A stretch of DNA of 51,069 nucleotides, taken from positions 1 through 51,069 of the forward strand of contig PUMJ01000001.1 in NCBI GenBank assembly GCA_003551305.1, written 5' to 3'. Within the stretch, counting starts at the first letter, position 1. The number at the start of each line of letters is the position of its first letter. Below are positions 29,561 to 39,657 of this stretch, piece after piece. Below the pieces are notes generated by a model. That model did not search any database. It saw only the letters and a program-made list of their open reading frames with translations, and was not told where the DNA came from. Both the position numbers and the translations under genes were made by a program. This DNA comes from Candidatus Brocadiaceae bacterium (GTDB lineage Bacteria > Planctomycetota > Brocadiia > SM23-32).

Positions 29561-31015
29561 TCAACCTTTTACGACGCCGATCGGTTCCAGGCGTGCCACC
29601 TTGCGGGTTATGCCCGCCTCGTGCATGACGGAGACGACGGCGTCCACGTCCTTATAGGCTTCGGGCATCTCCTCGGCCAGCGTGCTGCGGCCCTCCCAGG
29701 CGACGGTGACGCCGCGGTCGGCCAGTTCCTTCTTCAGGTTGCGGCCGCCCGCTTTCTTCTTGGCTCCTTTGCGGCTCATCACCCGTCCGGCGCCGTGGCA
29801 CGTGCTGCCCCACGTCTCGTCCATGGCCCCGTCCGCGCCCACCAACAGGTAGGACGCCGTGCCCATGTCGCCGGGAATGAGCACCGGCTGGCCGACTTCC
29901 CGGTAATCCTCCGGCACGGCGGGATGGCCGGCCGGGAAGGCCCTTGTCGCCCCTTTGCGGTGCACGCAGAGGCGGCGGCTCTGTCCGTCCACGTCGTGCT
30001 CCTCCATCTTGGCGATGTTGTGGCACACGTCGTAGACCTGCCGGATGCCGAGTGCGTCCCGGTCTTTGCCGAATACTTGCTCCAGCCCTTCCACGACGAG
30101 CGCGAGGATGACCTGCCGGTTCGCCCAGGCGTAGTTGGCCCCGCAGGCCATGGCGGCCAGGTACTGCTCGGCCTCCGGCCTGCCCAGAGGGGCGCAGGCG
30201 AGCTGTTTGTCCGGTACGCTGATACCGTATTTGCTGGTGGCCTTCTGCATCGTCTTCAGGAAGTCGCTGCATATCTGGTGGCCGAATCCGCGCGAACCGC
30301 AGTGTATCTGGAATGCAACGCTGCCCCTGGCCACGCCGAACGCTTCGGCCACCTCTTCGTCATAGACCTCCCGGACGACGTCCACCTCCATGAAGTGGTT
30401 GCCGCTGCCGAGGGTGCCGACCTGGGGTTGACCGCGCTCGATGGCGCGGGCGCTCAGCACCGAGGGATCGGCGCCGTCCAGTGCGCCCTCCTCCTCGGTG
30501 TGTTCGACGTCCTCGGGCCTCCCGAAGCCCTGTTCGACGGTCCACGCCGCCCCCCGCCGGGAGAGGTTGCGAAGCTCCTTGTCCGAAAGCTTGCGGATGG
30601 CCTTCGACGAGCCCACCCCGCACGGCACCTGCTGGTAAAGAGTCCGGACGATCTTGTCTATGCGGGGTTTGACGTCGTCTTCAACAAGGTCCGAGGCCAC
30701 CAGCCGGACGCCGCAGTTGATATCGAACCCGATGCCGCCGGGCGAAACCACGCCACCCCGTTCGGGATCGAACGCCGCCACGCCCCCGATGGGGAAGCCG
30801 TAGCCCCAGTGGGCGTCGGGCATGGCCAGCGAAGCGCGCACGATGCCGGGCATGTGAGCGACGTTCATCGCCTGCTGACCGGCGCCGTCCTGCTCGATTC
30901 CCTCCAGCAGCCGGGAGTCCGCATAGATGCGCACCGGCACGCTCATCTCCCCGAACGGCTCCACCTGCCAGATAAAAGGGCTGATCTGCCGAATTTCGTA
31001 ATCTCTCCGGCTCAT
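29561..31015 (-). CDS. rtcB: RNA ligase RtcB
   Basis: 'MPDAHWGYGFPIGGV', 'GFDINCG', 'GTLGSGNHF', 'HNIAK', 'HRKGAT', 'PGDMG', 'CHGAGR', 'EEMPEAYK'. Confidence 0.96.
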   Translation of the reverse strand: MSRRDYEIRQISPFIWQVEPFGEMSVPVRIYADSRLLEGIEQDGAGQQAMNVAHMPGIVRASLAMPDAHWGYGFPIGGVAAFDPERGGVVSPGGIGFDINCGVRLVASDLVEDDVKPRIDKIVRTLYQQVPCGVGSSKAIRKLSDKELRNLSRRGAAWTVEQGFGRPEDVEHTEEEGALDGADPSVLSARAIERGQPQVGTLGSGNHFMEVDVVREVYDEEVAEAFGVARGSVAFQIHCGSRGFGHQICSDFLKTMQKATSKYGISVPDKQLACAPLGRPEAEQYLAAMACGANYAWANRQVILALVVEGLEQVFGKDRDALGIRQVYDVCHNIAKMEEHDVDGQSRRLCVHRKGATRAFPAGHPAVPEDYREVGQPVLIPGDMGTASYLLVGADGAMDETWGSTCHGAGRVMSRKGAKKKAGGRNLKKELADRGVTVAWEGRSTLAEEMPEAYKDVDAVVSVMHEAGITRKVARLEPIGVVKG

Positions 31016-31050
31016 GGTAAGTCCCCCCAGACGAGTCAGAGGTTCCGAAG

Positions 31051-31488
31051 TCAAACGTCAAGCACGATCCGGACCCGGTGCTGTCCGTTGTGCCGTTCGA
31101 TGCTCAGGCCGTGGTAGGTGACGGCTTTCACGACGGCCGAAACGGCGTGTCGCGTCGGGTCGAAGGGCTCTCCGAAGAGCGTCCCCGCCACCTCCCCGTC
31201 CGCCAAGGAGTCCACGCGAGCCCTGACCGGGGCAAAGTCCTGCCCTTCGAAGGCGAACAGCACTTCCTCCAGCCAGGCTATGAGCAACTCCTCGGGCTCT
31301 TCCCCCTGGGCAGCCATAGACAGAGTGTCGGTCTCTTCCACAGTGTCGACGATGAGCATCGCCTCGGCCAGAGCGCCGGCGGCCTCCTCGAACAGGGCCT
31401 CGAGGCCCGGCCCCCACGCTTCTATGCCGATGTCGGCCGTGTGCTCGAAGGTGTCGTGGCCGCGCTCCCCCGGCTCATTCCATGCCAT
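31051..31488 (-). CDS. Archease (RtcB activation cofactor)
   Basis: 'FEHTADIGIEAWG', 'VKAVTYHGL' and C-terminal 'DV'. Start at ATG 31488 after AGGAG. Confidence 0.93.
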   Translation of the reverse strand: MAWNEPGERGHDTFEHTADIGIEAWGPGLEALFEEAAGALAEAMLIVDTVEETDTLSMAAQGEEPEELLIAWLEEVLFAFEGQDFAPVRARVDSLADGEVAGTLFGEPFDPTRHAVSAVVKAVTYHGLSIERHNGQHRVRIVLDV

Positions 31489-31573
31489 GGACTCACTCCT
31501 CACCAGGCTGCCAAGGATCGTTACTCGCATGCCCCTCGGGGAAGGGTAGCGGACCCGCTCCCCTCCTTCTATT

Positions 31574-31602
31574 ATCATGGCCAACACTGACTGCGCAGTC
31601 AA
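31574..31602 (-). promoter_or_regulatory. Sigma70 promoter of archease-rtcB, overlapped by a perfect 14-bp palindrome
   Basis: Minus strand TTGACT-N17-CATGAT. TGACTGCGCAGTCA at 31588-31601. Confidence 0.5.
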
Positions 31603-31616
31603 CCCCGCGTTGCTGG

Positions 31617-34337
31617 TCAGGCGCCGGTCAGCTCGATCAACGCCCCCCCGGTCGCCTCGCGCACTCGCCGGGCCCACTGCGGATGGCATGTGAGCACGAA
31701 CACCTGGCGTGTCCGCCCCACCGCCGCCAGCAGTTGCGCGGCCCGGCCGCTGCGGTCGCTGTCCCAGTTGACAAAGACTTCGTCCAGAAACAGTGGCAGT
31801 CGCTCTTGTCCTTCGTCCAGATGGTCCACCACGGCCAGCCGGAAGGCCAGGTATATCTGGTTGCGTGTGCCTCCGCTGAGCGGTTCCTCGACGGACCGCC
31901 ACTGGGGCCCGTCACCCAGGATGACGGCCAGGCGCTCCACGCCGTCCTCGTCGGGCATCATCTGCAGACCCCCGTAACGGCCCTGGGTGATCTCGCGCAG
32001 GTAGCGGCCGGCTCGTTTCAGGACATCGGGCTGGTGCTCACTGCGGAATTGAGCGTCCGCACACCGCAGGATGGACTCCAGCAATGCCAGCCGGTCGTGC
32101 TGCCGCTGCGCATCGGCGATCTCCTCCTCGATGCGGACAATCTCCCCGCGCAGCTCGGCCACGGAAACATCGCCCAGCACGGCGGCTATGTCTTTTTCCA
32201 GTTCAGCGGCGCGGACGGCCTTCTGCTGCCGCTCTTCCTGCAGGTCTTCAGCCCTTTGCCGGATGCGCTCGACCGTCTCGACGTCCATGGACAGGGTTTC
32301 GTCCTCTGCGGAATCGAGACGGCGCAATTCCGCCTTCAGATCCTCGAGGTCGGGATGTTCTCGCTGGAGCTCTTCCTCGGTCTCGCGCACCCTGTCGGCC
32401 AGCTTCCGGATTTCCGCCGCCCTTTCGGCGGCCTCCTCCAACGGCTCCATGCGGGGCACCGCGGCCCGAATCCGGCGGATGACGTCTCCGCGCGCCTGCC
32501 GGGCGCGGCGCAACTCCGGCACAACCTTGCGCCGGGCTTCGTCAAGTATCTGCACTATTCGCTCAGCGGCATCGTCCGCTTTTCGCTGGCGCTCCTCGGC
32601 ATCCGCAAGCAGTCGCTCGGCCTGGTCGAGCCCCGGCAGTCCGGCCGGGCAGCCGACCTCCTGCAGAAGTGCATTCAAAGCGTCCAGCTCTTCGCTGTGG
32701 TGTTGCCGCATCTGCTCAAGCCGTTGCTGCAGCGAGTCGCACTCCCGGGCGGCCCCCCGGAGTTTCTCGACCTTCTGCAGCAGCCCGAGGTCGGGTTTTT
32801 CGAGCAGCGCGGGGACGACCGGCAGCCCTGCCAGGGCGTCAGTAACGGCCTGTCGGGCTTCCTCGACCTGAACCGCAGTCTCCACCTGCTGCCGCTCGAT
32901 TTGCCGCAGTCGCTCTGCGCGTCGCTCCTGGAGCAACTCGCGCTGGCGTCGCTGGTGCCACCTGACCATCCACAGAAGCAGCGCCAGCAGCAGGGCCACT
33001 ATGCCGGCGCCCCAAAGCCCGCTGACTCCGACGACCACACCTACCACCAGCAGCGCCCCGGCGGTCAGCCCCGCCACGACCGCGTACCACGCGGGCATCG
33101 GCTCGCCGGTGAGCACTTCCTCCACAGGCTGCGCTGCCGCCATTCTGTGCTCATCAGCCCGCTCCTGGTAGCGGTTGATGCGTCCCTTCAGCTCGGCAGG
33201 CGCGACGGCAGCCGCGGCCCGCGCAAACTCCGGCCGCCAGGGCCGGGCCAGCATGTCGTCCGCGGCCTCGCGTAAAGCCCCCCGCCGATGCTCGAGTTCC
33301 GCCTCCAGGTGGTTGATGTCCTCGGACTCTTTCTGCAGACGGCCGCTGCTGCGCATCCAGGCGCGGATTTCGTCCGCCCGGGCCAGGAGGCTCTCATCTT
33401 CCGGTGTCACAGCCTGGCGGGTATTCTCAAGCCGGTCTTTGTCGCGCAAGAGGCTCTTGAGCTGGTGCCATTGCTGCTCGGCGGCTTCACGGGTGCGCGA
33501 AAGCTCCGCTCGCGGAGCATCCGGCAGCTTCAGGGCAGCCGCCTCGTCCGGTATGCTGCCGCGCCACTGCTCTATCTGCTCGAGCCGTTGTTTCAAGGGC
33601 AGCAACTGCTCGGCCTGCCGGATTTCCGCACGCAAACGCGGGAGTTCGTCGGCGATCCGATCCAGACGCTCCCGCAGATCACCGAGTTCCCGGGCGCTCT
33701 CGCGGACCTGGCGGTCCTTCTCTCGGGCCTCCTTATACTGGGACCTAACCTCAGAAAGCCTGTTGGCGAGTTCGCGGCATTTCGGTTTACCCCGATTGTC
33801 GGAACGCCAGAGGCTGTCCGCCTCCTTGCCCACCTCGGCGAGCACCTGGCTTACGGGCCGGAGCACATCCGAGCCGAGCCCGCCCAGCAGCCGGTCTTCC
33901 ACGTCCTGCCACGCCTCACCTTCGAGCGCATCCATGTCGGCCAGTGTCAACGAGTAGAGCGCGTCGTAGAGACCGCGTCCCAGGTGCTGCACGAACGGCA
34001 GGTCCCGGTTGCGCAGGTCATCATACGTCTCTCCGTCCAGTGTGACGGTCCCCTGGGGGGCGCTCATCAGCTTGCGCCACACCACGGCCGAGCGGGCATC
34101 TTCCAGGGCGAGGGCGGCCTCGATCTCGGGATAGACATCGCGGTGCCACGGTCGGTAGGGGAAATCCTTGACCGGGTAGAATCCGTAGAGCAACGCACGG
34201 CAAACGCTCAACAGGGTGGTCTTGCCGGCCTCGTTGGGTCCGCAGACGACGTTCACTCCACTGGCAAGCTGGCCCTCCTCCAGCGTGAAGTCGTGCAGCG
34301 CGCCGAAAGCCGTGACCTTCAGTTCGCGGATTCTCAT
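31617..34337 (-). CDS. YhaN/SbcC-like SMC-family ATPase with central hydrophobic segment
   Basis: Walker A 'GPNEAGKTT', long coiled coil, TM-like stretch, signature 'LSGGTRNQ' and Walker B 'FLDE'. Confidence 0.88.
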   Translation of the reverse strand: MRIRELKVTAFGALHDFTLEEGQLASGVNVVCGPNEAGKTTLLSVCRALLYGFYPVKDFPYRPWHRDVYPEIEAALALEDARSAVVWRKLMSAPQGTVTLDGETYDDLRNRDLPFVQHLGRGLYDALYSLTLADMDALEGEAWQDVEDRLLGGLGSDVLRPVSQVLAEVGKEADSLWRSDNRGKPKCRELANRLSEVRSQYKEAREKDRQVRESARELGDLRERLDRIADELPRLRAEIRQAEQLLPLKQRLEQIEQWRGSIPDEAAALKLPDAPRAELSRTREAAEQQWHQLKSLLRDKDRLENTRQAVTPEDESLLARADEIRAWMRSSGRLQKESEDINHLEAELEHRRGALREAADDMLARPWRPEFARAAAAVAPAELKGRINRYQERADEHRMAAAQPVEEVLTGEPMPAWYAVVAGLTAGALLVVGVVVGVSGLWGAGIVALLLALLLWMVRWHQRRQRELLQERRAERLRQIERQQVETAVQVEEARQAVTDALAGLPVVPALLEKPDLGLLQKVEKLRGAARECDSLQQRLEQMRQHHSEELDALNALLQEVGCPAGLPGLDQAERLLADAEERQRKADDAAERIVQILDEARRKVVPELRRARQARGDVIRRIRAAVPRMEPLEEAAERAAEIRKLADRVRETEEELQREHPDLEDLKAELRRLDSAEDETLSMDVETVERIRQRAEDLQEERQQKAVRAAELEKDIAAVLGDVSVAELRGEIVRIEEEIADAQRQHDRLALLESILRCADAQFRSEHQPDVLKRAGRYLREITQGRYGGLQMMPDEDGVERLAVILGDGPQWRSVEEPLSGGTRNQIYLAFRLAVVDHLDEGQERLPLFLDEVFVNWDSDRSGRAAQLLAAVGRTRQVFVLTCHPQWARRVREATGGALIELTGA

Positions 34338-35572
34338 CGGTGCTCCTCCGGCACGAGGCGCGCGGCGGCCTCCAGGTCCAGTCCGGCGAGCAGTTCCCGC
34401 AGGTAGGCGAGTTCGTCCTCCGGGGCATTGGCCAACTCCTCGGGGCGGATCCGTTCGATGAGTGCGTCGTCAGAATCTGCCCTGTCTATGATCTCAAGGG
34501 CGGTAGCCAAAACCGTGCGACCGCCCCGATATGCATCCAGATCCACAGGGCGCACCACGCTGTCGGAGCGGACCTCCAACCAGCCTGCTCCCAGCCCGTC
34601 CTGCAACTCATCGGAGAGAACCTCCAGGTTTTCCGGCAACGCCAGGTCGCCCGCCAAAGGTGACTGCCCGGTCAGGTCCACACGTACGAAGTGCTCCCGG
34701 CCGTCTTCGACGGGTACCAGTTCCCGCAAGGAAGCCGTCAGTGCGGGCACCAGGGCGGCCATCGTGGTTCCGTCGGGGGGACACGGCACCTCCACACTGT
34801 GCCAGACGACCGGGGCCAGCGGCACAAACTCCGGTTCAACCGGAATCCCTTTCTCCACCTCGACCCACAGTGCGCCCTTGGGACCTGTCTCACGCGGATG
34901 ACGCCCCTGGGTGTTGCCGGCGTACCAGGCCGGGATTTGCTCGGAGACAGTCTGGCGCAGGTGGACATGCCCGAGCGCCCAATAGTCGTAGCCCGCCTCG
35001 CGAAGATCACCTTCGGTGCAGGGCGCGTAACGGTCGTGCTGGTCGGCGCCGCGGGCGCCGGTCACCTGCGTATGGAGCAGGCCGACGTGCGCCAGTTCAC
35101 CGTTGGCGGCCGGGAAGCTGCCCGCAAGATTCTGGCTCTCCGCCTGGGTCATGTGTCCGGCGCCGGTCAGACGGGCCACGGTCTGGCCGTCGGAATCCCT
35201 TATGTCCACCGTCTCCGGGTTGCTACTCGCAAACATGTGGACGTTGGGCGGCCATTCGATCTTGCGCGCCCGATAGGTAGCGCGGCCGGGATCGTGGTTG
35301 CCCGGCGCGTAAAACAGCGGTATTCCGGACTCGTGCAATGCGCCGCAGCAGTCCACCAGCAGCCGCTCGGTGGCGAAGGAGAGCAACTCGTCATCGAAGA
35401 GGTCGCCCGCGATGAGCACGGCGTGGGCACGGCGCTCGATGGCCAGATCAACGGCCGCGCGGAACGCCTCCCGGCAGGCGTCCCGCAGCCGGCGGCGCAT
35501 CTCCTTTTCCCGACCGTAAAACGGCGTGTCCAGATGACAATCGGCCAGATGAAGGAGCCGCACCGCCTCCAT
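34334..35572 (-). CDS. YhaO/SbcD/Mre11-like DNA repair nuclease
   Basis: 'HLADCHLD', 'AGDLFD', 'GNHD', 'YWALGHVH', 'GNTQGR'. Stop overlaps the ATPase start (ATGA). Confidence 0.9.
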   Translation of the reverse strand: MEAVRLLHLADCHLDTPFYGREKEMRRRLRDACREAFRAAVDLAIERRAHAVLIAGDLFDDELLSFATERLLVDCCGALHESGIPLFYAPGNHDPGRATYRARKIEWPPNVHMFASSNPETVDIRDSDGQTVARLTGAGHMTQAESQNLAGSFPAANGELAHVGLLHTQVTGARGADQHDRYAPCTEGDLREAGYDYWALGHVHLRQTVSEQIPAWYAGNTQGRHPRETGPKGALWVEVEKGIPVEPEFVPLAPVVWHSVEVPCPPDGTTMAALVPALTASLRELVPVEDGREHFVRVDLTGQSPLAGDLALPENLEVLSDELQDGLGAGWLEVRSDSVVRPVDLDAYRGGRTVLATALEIIDRADSDDALIERIRPEELANAPEDELAYLRELLAGLDLEAAARLVPEEHR

Positions 35573-35907
35573 AGCTGCCTCCCGTGTGCACAGTGGAGCG
35601 GCGTGTTCCCGCAACATGAGAGGCGGGACACGAATCAACTATGCAGAAGCCTAACACGCCATGACCGAAAGGACAAGAGGACGCAGGCCGGTCTCAAGCC
35701 CATTCAACCATCCGGAGTCGGCCGCCCCCGTGCCGGCCACCTCAGCAGGACCGCCTCGGTTCGCCGGGAAGCCTGCGGCGCAAGAGTCCGCCTCAGAGCG
35801 GACGTCATCCCTCCGCAGCCGCGCATGCTCGTTGTTTCGTGGAGGAAGAAACGGAGCAGACCCCTGCCTTGCACTTTTCCAATCTTCGTCTCCTTAAATG
35901 TTCCGCC

Positions 35908-37482
35908 TCAGACGATGGTGTCCAGGAGCCCCGCCAGGTCGGCGTCGGGATCCTTGAGGACGTCGGCGGGTATCTCCCGGCCCGCTTTCATCAACTCCAT
36001 CAGGGCGAGTATTTCCCGGTCCATCCATTTGCAGGCGGCGGCCCGCAGCCGGCCGTTCTCGTAATAGCCGACCAGCCACTCGCCTTCGCCCACCTCGCCG
36101 CGCACGGCCACTTCGTCGGTCTCGCCGGGATAACCGACGTAGCTGATGGAGACCTCTGCCTGTTGCGTCCAGAAGAACGGGACCTCCTTGTACGGGGCTT
36201 CGCTGCCGAGCATGGCGCGCGCGGCGTGCTGTCCCTGGTGCTCGGCCACAACCCAGTGCTCGATGCGGTGGCTCTTGCCGGTGTAGTGGGACGGCATGAG
36301 TGCGATGTCCCCGGCCGCGTAGACGCCCTCGGCCTGCGTCTGCAGGGTCGCATCGACCGGAACAACCCCGTCGCGCACCAGGCCGGTGCCCTCCAGGAAG
36401 CTGACGGCCGGGCGGACGCCGATTCCGACGATGACCACGTCTGCCGCCAGAGTAGTGCCGTCCGACAACTCCACCTCTTGCACCCCCCCGTCCCCGCGCA
36501 CCTCCTTCGGCGTGATGCCGAGATGGAACTCCACGCCGGCCTTCTCATGCTCTCCGAGCAGCCACTCCCCCACCGCCTCGCCGAACACGCGCGCCAGGGG
36601 GACCTTGTCCGGGGCGACGAGGTGCACGTCCAGACCACGCTGGCGCAGTCCCCAGGCGACCTCCATGCCGATGAAACCGGCACCGATGATGACAGCGCGG
36701 GCGGCGTCCTCGATATTCTCACCGATGGCTTCGGCGTCGGCCCGGCTCCGCAACAGGTAGCAGCCGTCCAGGTCGATGCCGGGGATGTCGAGGTTGCGCG
36801 GGGTGGCGCCGGTCGCCACGAGGGCCTTGTCGAAGGTCAGCTTCTCTCCGTCCTCGAACTCCAGAACGCCCTCGGCGGGGTCCAGCGCGGTCACGCGGCG
36901 TCCCGTCAGCAGTTCGATTTTCCAACTCTGGTAGAAACCGTCGCCGTGCAGCGGCAGCCAGTCGGGTTGCGCCTCTCCGGCCATGAACTCTTTGGAGAGG
37001 GTCGGCCGGTCGTAAGGTGCGAAGGGCTCGGCGGTGATGAGGACGATGCGCCCTGCGAAGCCTTCCCGCCGCAGGGTCTCAGCGGCGGCGTTGCCGGCCG
37101 CCCCGCCCCCCACGATGGCGAAGGTCCTGTCGTCTTCTCCTTCGATGGGCGGCGGAGGCGCCTCGCGCGGCGCGGTGACGTAGACAATGCCGTCTTCAAC
37201 CTTCACGTCGCAGCAGCCCGCGTCCTCGAGGGCCGGCGGCGAGAGCACGCGCCCCGTTTTGACCTCAAAGCGCGCGCTGTGCCAGGGGCACTGGATGACG
37301 GTTCCCACCAGCAGGCCCTTTTCCAGCGGCCCGCCGTAGTGCGTGCATTTGCCCCCGCAGGCATGGAGCCCATCGGGGCCTTTCACCACGACAACCCTCT
37401 GCCCACCTGCGGTAACGGCGACGGGCTTGCCCTCACGCAGATTGCTCTCTTTGCCTGCTCGCGTCCAGTTCACGTCGGCCAT
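35908..37482 (-). CDS. Rieske [2Fe-2S]-ferredoxin reductase fusion (AIF-like oxidoreductase)
   Basis: 'CTHYGGPL' and 'CPWH' Rieske ligands, 'GGGAAG', 'YDRP.LSK', 'GAGFIGME', 'VPFFWT.Q'. Confidence 0.9.
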   Translation of the reverse strand: MADVNWTRAGKESNLREGKPVAVTAGGQRVVVVKGPDGLHACGGKCTHYGGPLEKGLLVGTVIQCPWHSARFEVKTGRVLSPPALEDAGCCDVKVEDGIVYVTAPREAPPPPIEGEDDRTFAIVGGGAAGNAAAETLRREGFAGRIVLITAEPFAPYDRPTLSKEFMAGEAQPDWLPLHGDGFYQSWKIELLTGRRVTALDPAEGVLEFEDGEKLTFDKALVATGATPRNLDIPGIDLDGCYLLRSRADAEAIGENIEDAARAVIIGAGFIGMEVAWGLRQRGLDVHLVAPDKVPLARVFGEAVGEWLLGEHEKAGVEFHLGITPKEVRGDGGVQEVELSDGTTLAADVVIVGIGVRPAVSFLEGTGLVRDGVVPVDATLQTQAEGVYAAGDIALMPSHYTGKSHRIEHWVVAEHQGQHAARAMLGSEAPYKEVPFFWTQQAEVSISYVGYPGETDEVAVRGEVGEGEWLVGYYENGRLRAAACKWMDREILALMELMKAGREIPADVLKDPDADLAGLLDTIV

Positions 37483-37540
37483 TTTCGCCCCCCTAGGCGT
37501 GATAGGAAGGTAAATCAGGAGGAACGCACTCGTGAAGGCG

Positions 37541-37569
37541 ATTCTGCGGCAATCGTGCCGGCCTGTCAA
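37541..37569 (-). promoter_or_regulatory. Sigma70 promoter of the Rieske-reductase gene
   Basis: Minus strand TTGACA-N17-CAGAAT. The spacer holds the inverted repeat CGGCA-cgat-TGCCG. Confidence 0.55.
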
Positions 37570-37596
37570 GTTGCACCGTCGGGGGCGCCGCGGCCT

Positions 37597-38838
37597 TTAA
37601 GACGATTTGCGGTGCCCCGGCCGTCCGAGGCCGCGCCCCACCGGACTGACGTACAGAAACAGCGCGAACGGCACCGCCACGGCCACGCTGGCAACCAGCG
37701 CCCACGGAAGCAACCTGTCCGCGTCCCCTATCGCGCTGGCCAGGTAGGTCGCCCCCCATATCCCAAGTAAGGAGAAAAAGATGGCGCCGATAGACAGGAA
37801 CGTCCGCTCCTCCGGATAGTGGCGCGCTGCCAGGGCGAAAAACGCCGGCCAGGTCGCACTGAAACAGATGCCCGTGACGAACATCGCCGGTAGATACAGC
37901 AGCGGCCGGGTTGCGAATGCCGCCGGGACGGCAAACAGCCCGGACACCAGGCAAGCGCCGATGATACTCCGTTCGCCAAGCCGAAACGAAAACAGCGTGA
38001 ACACCACGCGCCCGACGAATATGCCGGCCGTCATGACCACCAGGGCCGTTGAGGCCCACCGGCTCGCCGTGGTGAACCCGCCCGGGACGGGCCGAAGCAC
38101 CTCCACAAGGCTGGCGGCGATGCTGGTCGCGCCGCCCTCCGCCCCGCCGATGAACGCAAACTGAACCACGCACAGCCAGACCCACGGGTTCGACGGCAGC
38201 CGCAGGCGGCGTTTCACGTCCCGGCTGCGCTCCAGGCGAGAAAGATAGTCCAGGCTCTGGCGGGGCCAGAAGACGGACTCGACCGCCAGCAGCCCGAACA
38301 TGCCCGCGAAAAGGAGCGCCGTCGGTCGCACCGCCGTGCCGAACGCCAGCACGGCCAGCGGCGCGGCCACCTTGCCGAAAGCGTTCACCGAGTGCAGCAG
38401 GATGATCCCCGTGTGCGGCGAGTGGTCCCACAGGTCCGCGAAGATGCCGTTCCCCGAGCCGGTCAGGGGGTGCGCCGTGCGCAGTATGAGCCAGCCAAGC
38501 ACCAGGGGTGCCAGCGCCCAGCCCGGCGCGGGCTCCGCTACGGCCAGCAGCACGCAGGCTATGAACATACCCCACGCACCGATGCGGATGAACGTCGTGC
38601 GCAGCGTGCGCCGCATGACCACCGAGAGAGCCAGGCCGATGACGCCGCCGACCAGGCCGAGCACGAAGACCCACAGGCCGAACTCTGCGCGGGATATGCC
38701 CGCCTGCCGCTGGACCGACTCCCGCAGCGCCCCGATGAACGGCACGGCCATCGCCCCGGAGCCCAGCACCAGCAGCAACACGTTGCCCTGAATGCGCCAG
38801 TGCCGCCCCGGCGGTTCCCTTTCCGGTGCCTCGTGCAC
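37597..38838 (-). CDS. MFS transporter
   Basis: About 12 hydrophobic segments in 413 aa; last gene of the sugar-acid operon. Confidence 0.8.
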   Translation of the reverse strand: MHEAPEREPPGRHWRIQGNVLLLVLGSGAMAVPFIGALRESVQRQAGISRAEFGLWVFVLGLVGGVIGLALSVVMRRTLRTTFIRIGAWGMFIACVLLAVAEPAPGWALAPLVLGWLILRTAHPLTGSGNGIFADLWDHSPHTGIILLHSVNAFGKVAAPLAVLAFGTAVRPTALLFAGMFGLLAVESVFWPRQSLDYLSRLERSRDVKRRLRLPSNPWVWLCVVQFAFIGGAEGGATSIAASLVEVLRPVPGGFTTASRWASTALVVMTAGIFVGRVVFTLFSFRLGERSIIGACLVSGLFAVPAAFATRPLLYLPAMFVTGICFSATWPAFFALAARHYPEERTFLSIGAIFFSLLGIWGATYLASAIGDADRLLPWALVASVAVAVPFALFLYVSPVGRGLGRPGHRKSS

Positions 38839-38844
38839 GGGGCC

Positions 38845-39657
38845 TCAACCCTCCAGCCCGCGCAAAACCTCACCGCAGCGCTTGAAGCCCTCCTCGCCGC
38901 TGGTCAGGACGGGAACGCCGAACTCCGCCTCGCACTCGGGATAGGAGAGCTTGAAGACGGTCATGGAAAGCTGCGCCAGCACTGCGACGGAAATCTCCTC
39001 CTCGGCGCACTTGCGGCGGATGGCGTCGGCTATCAGCTCGTTGTGGGCCTCCACGTCGCCCTCCCCAAGACGGTCGAACGCCTCTACGACGGTGACCCCG
39101 CTGAAGGAGACCTCCTCCCCCAGCCCGGCGGCGGTCTCCCCCAGGAGGGCCTGCGTGCTCTTGACGGTGGGGCCGTGGGTGGCCACCACCAGTATGCGCC
39201 CTCCAGTCCGGACGGCGGCCTCCATCATCGGTTCGTCTATCTGCACCACGGGCACGTTGTGCGGTCGCATGGCATCCCGAACGGCGCCGATGGCGCGGTT
39301 CATGGTGGAGCAGCTTACCAACAGCGCGTCAACGCCATAGAGATTGACCAGGTCCCGGGCGTACTGCGCGAACAGATCAATGTTGATCTGCGGCGGGCAG
39401 GGCTCACCCTTTGCGTGGGCGTCCATGAAGTTGAGCTGCACGGCCTCGTTGCCAACGTTGATGAGTTTGACCTCCGGCAGGAGGCGCCGGCCCCAGTAGT
39501 TGCTCCAGAGTGCAATCCAACTCGCCCCGTTCACGATGCCCAGCCTCTTGCCCCGCAGGGCGGGATCGCCGCCCGGCGCGTCCCCGAGCGTGGGGACGCC
39601 GGTCACTTGCATGTACATGCTGAAGAGGTCAATCGGCCGTAGTCCGGCTCTCGCCAT
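38845..39657 (-). CDS. Asp/Glu/hydantoin racemase-superfamily protein
   Basis: 'LVSCSTM', 'PVVQIDEPM', 'VVAT..PT', 'VLAQLSM', 'VPVLTS'. Confidence 0.75.
   Translation of the reverse strand: MARAGLRPIDLFSMYMQVTGVPTLGDAPGGDPALRGKRLGIVNGASWIALWSNYWGRRLLPEVKLINVGNEAVQLNFMDAHAKGEPCPPQINIDLFAQYARDLVNLYGVDALLVSCSTMNRAIGAVRDAMRPHNVPVVQIDEPMMEAAVRTGGRILVVATHGPTVKSTQALLGETAAGLGEEVSFSGVTVVEAFDRLGEGDVEAHNELIADAIRRKCAEEEISVAVLAQLSMTVFKLSYPECEAEFGVPVLTSGEEGFKRCGEVLRGLEG

Noticed and set aside
37545-37560. Sigma54-like GG-N10-GC upstream of the Rieske-reductase gene
   Set aside because: It lacks the TTGC of the -12 element and lies inside a better sigma70 match (TTGACA-N17-CAGAAT).
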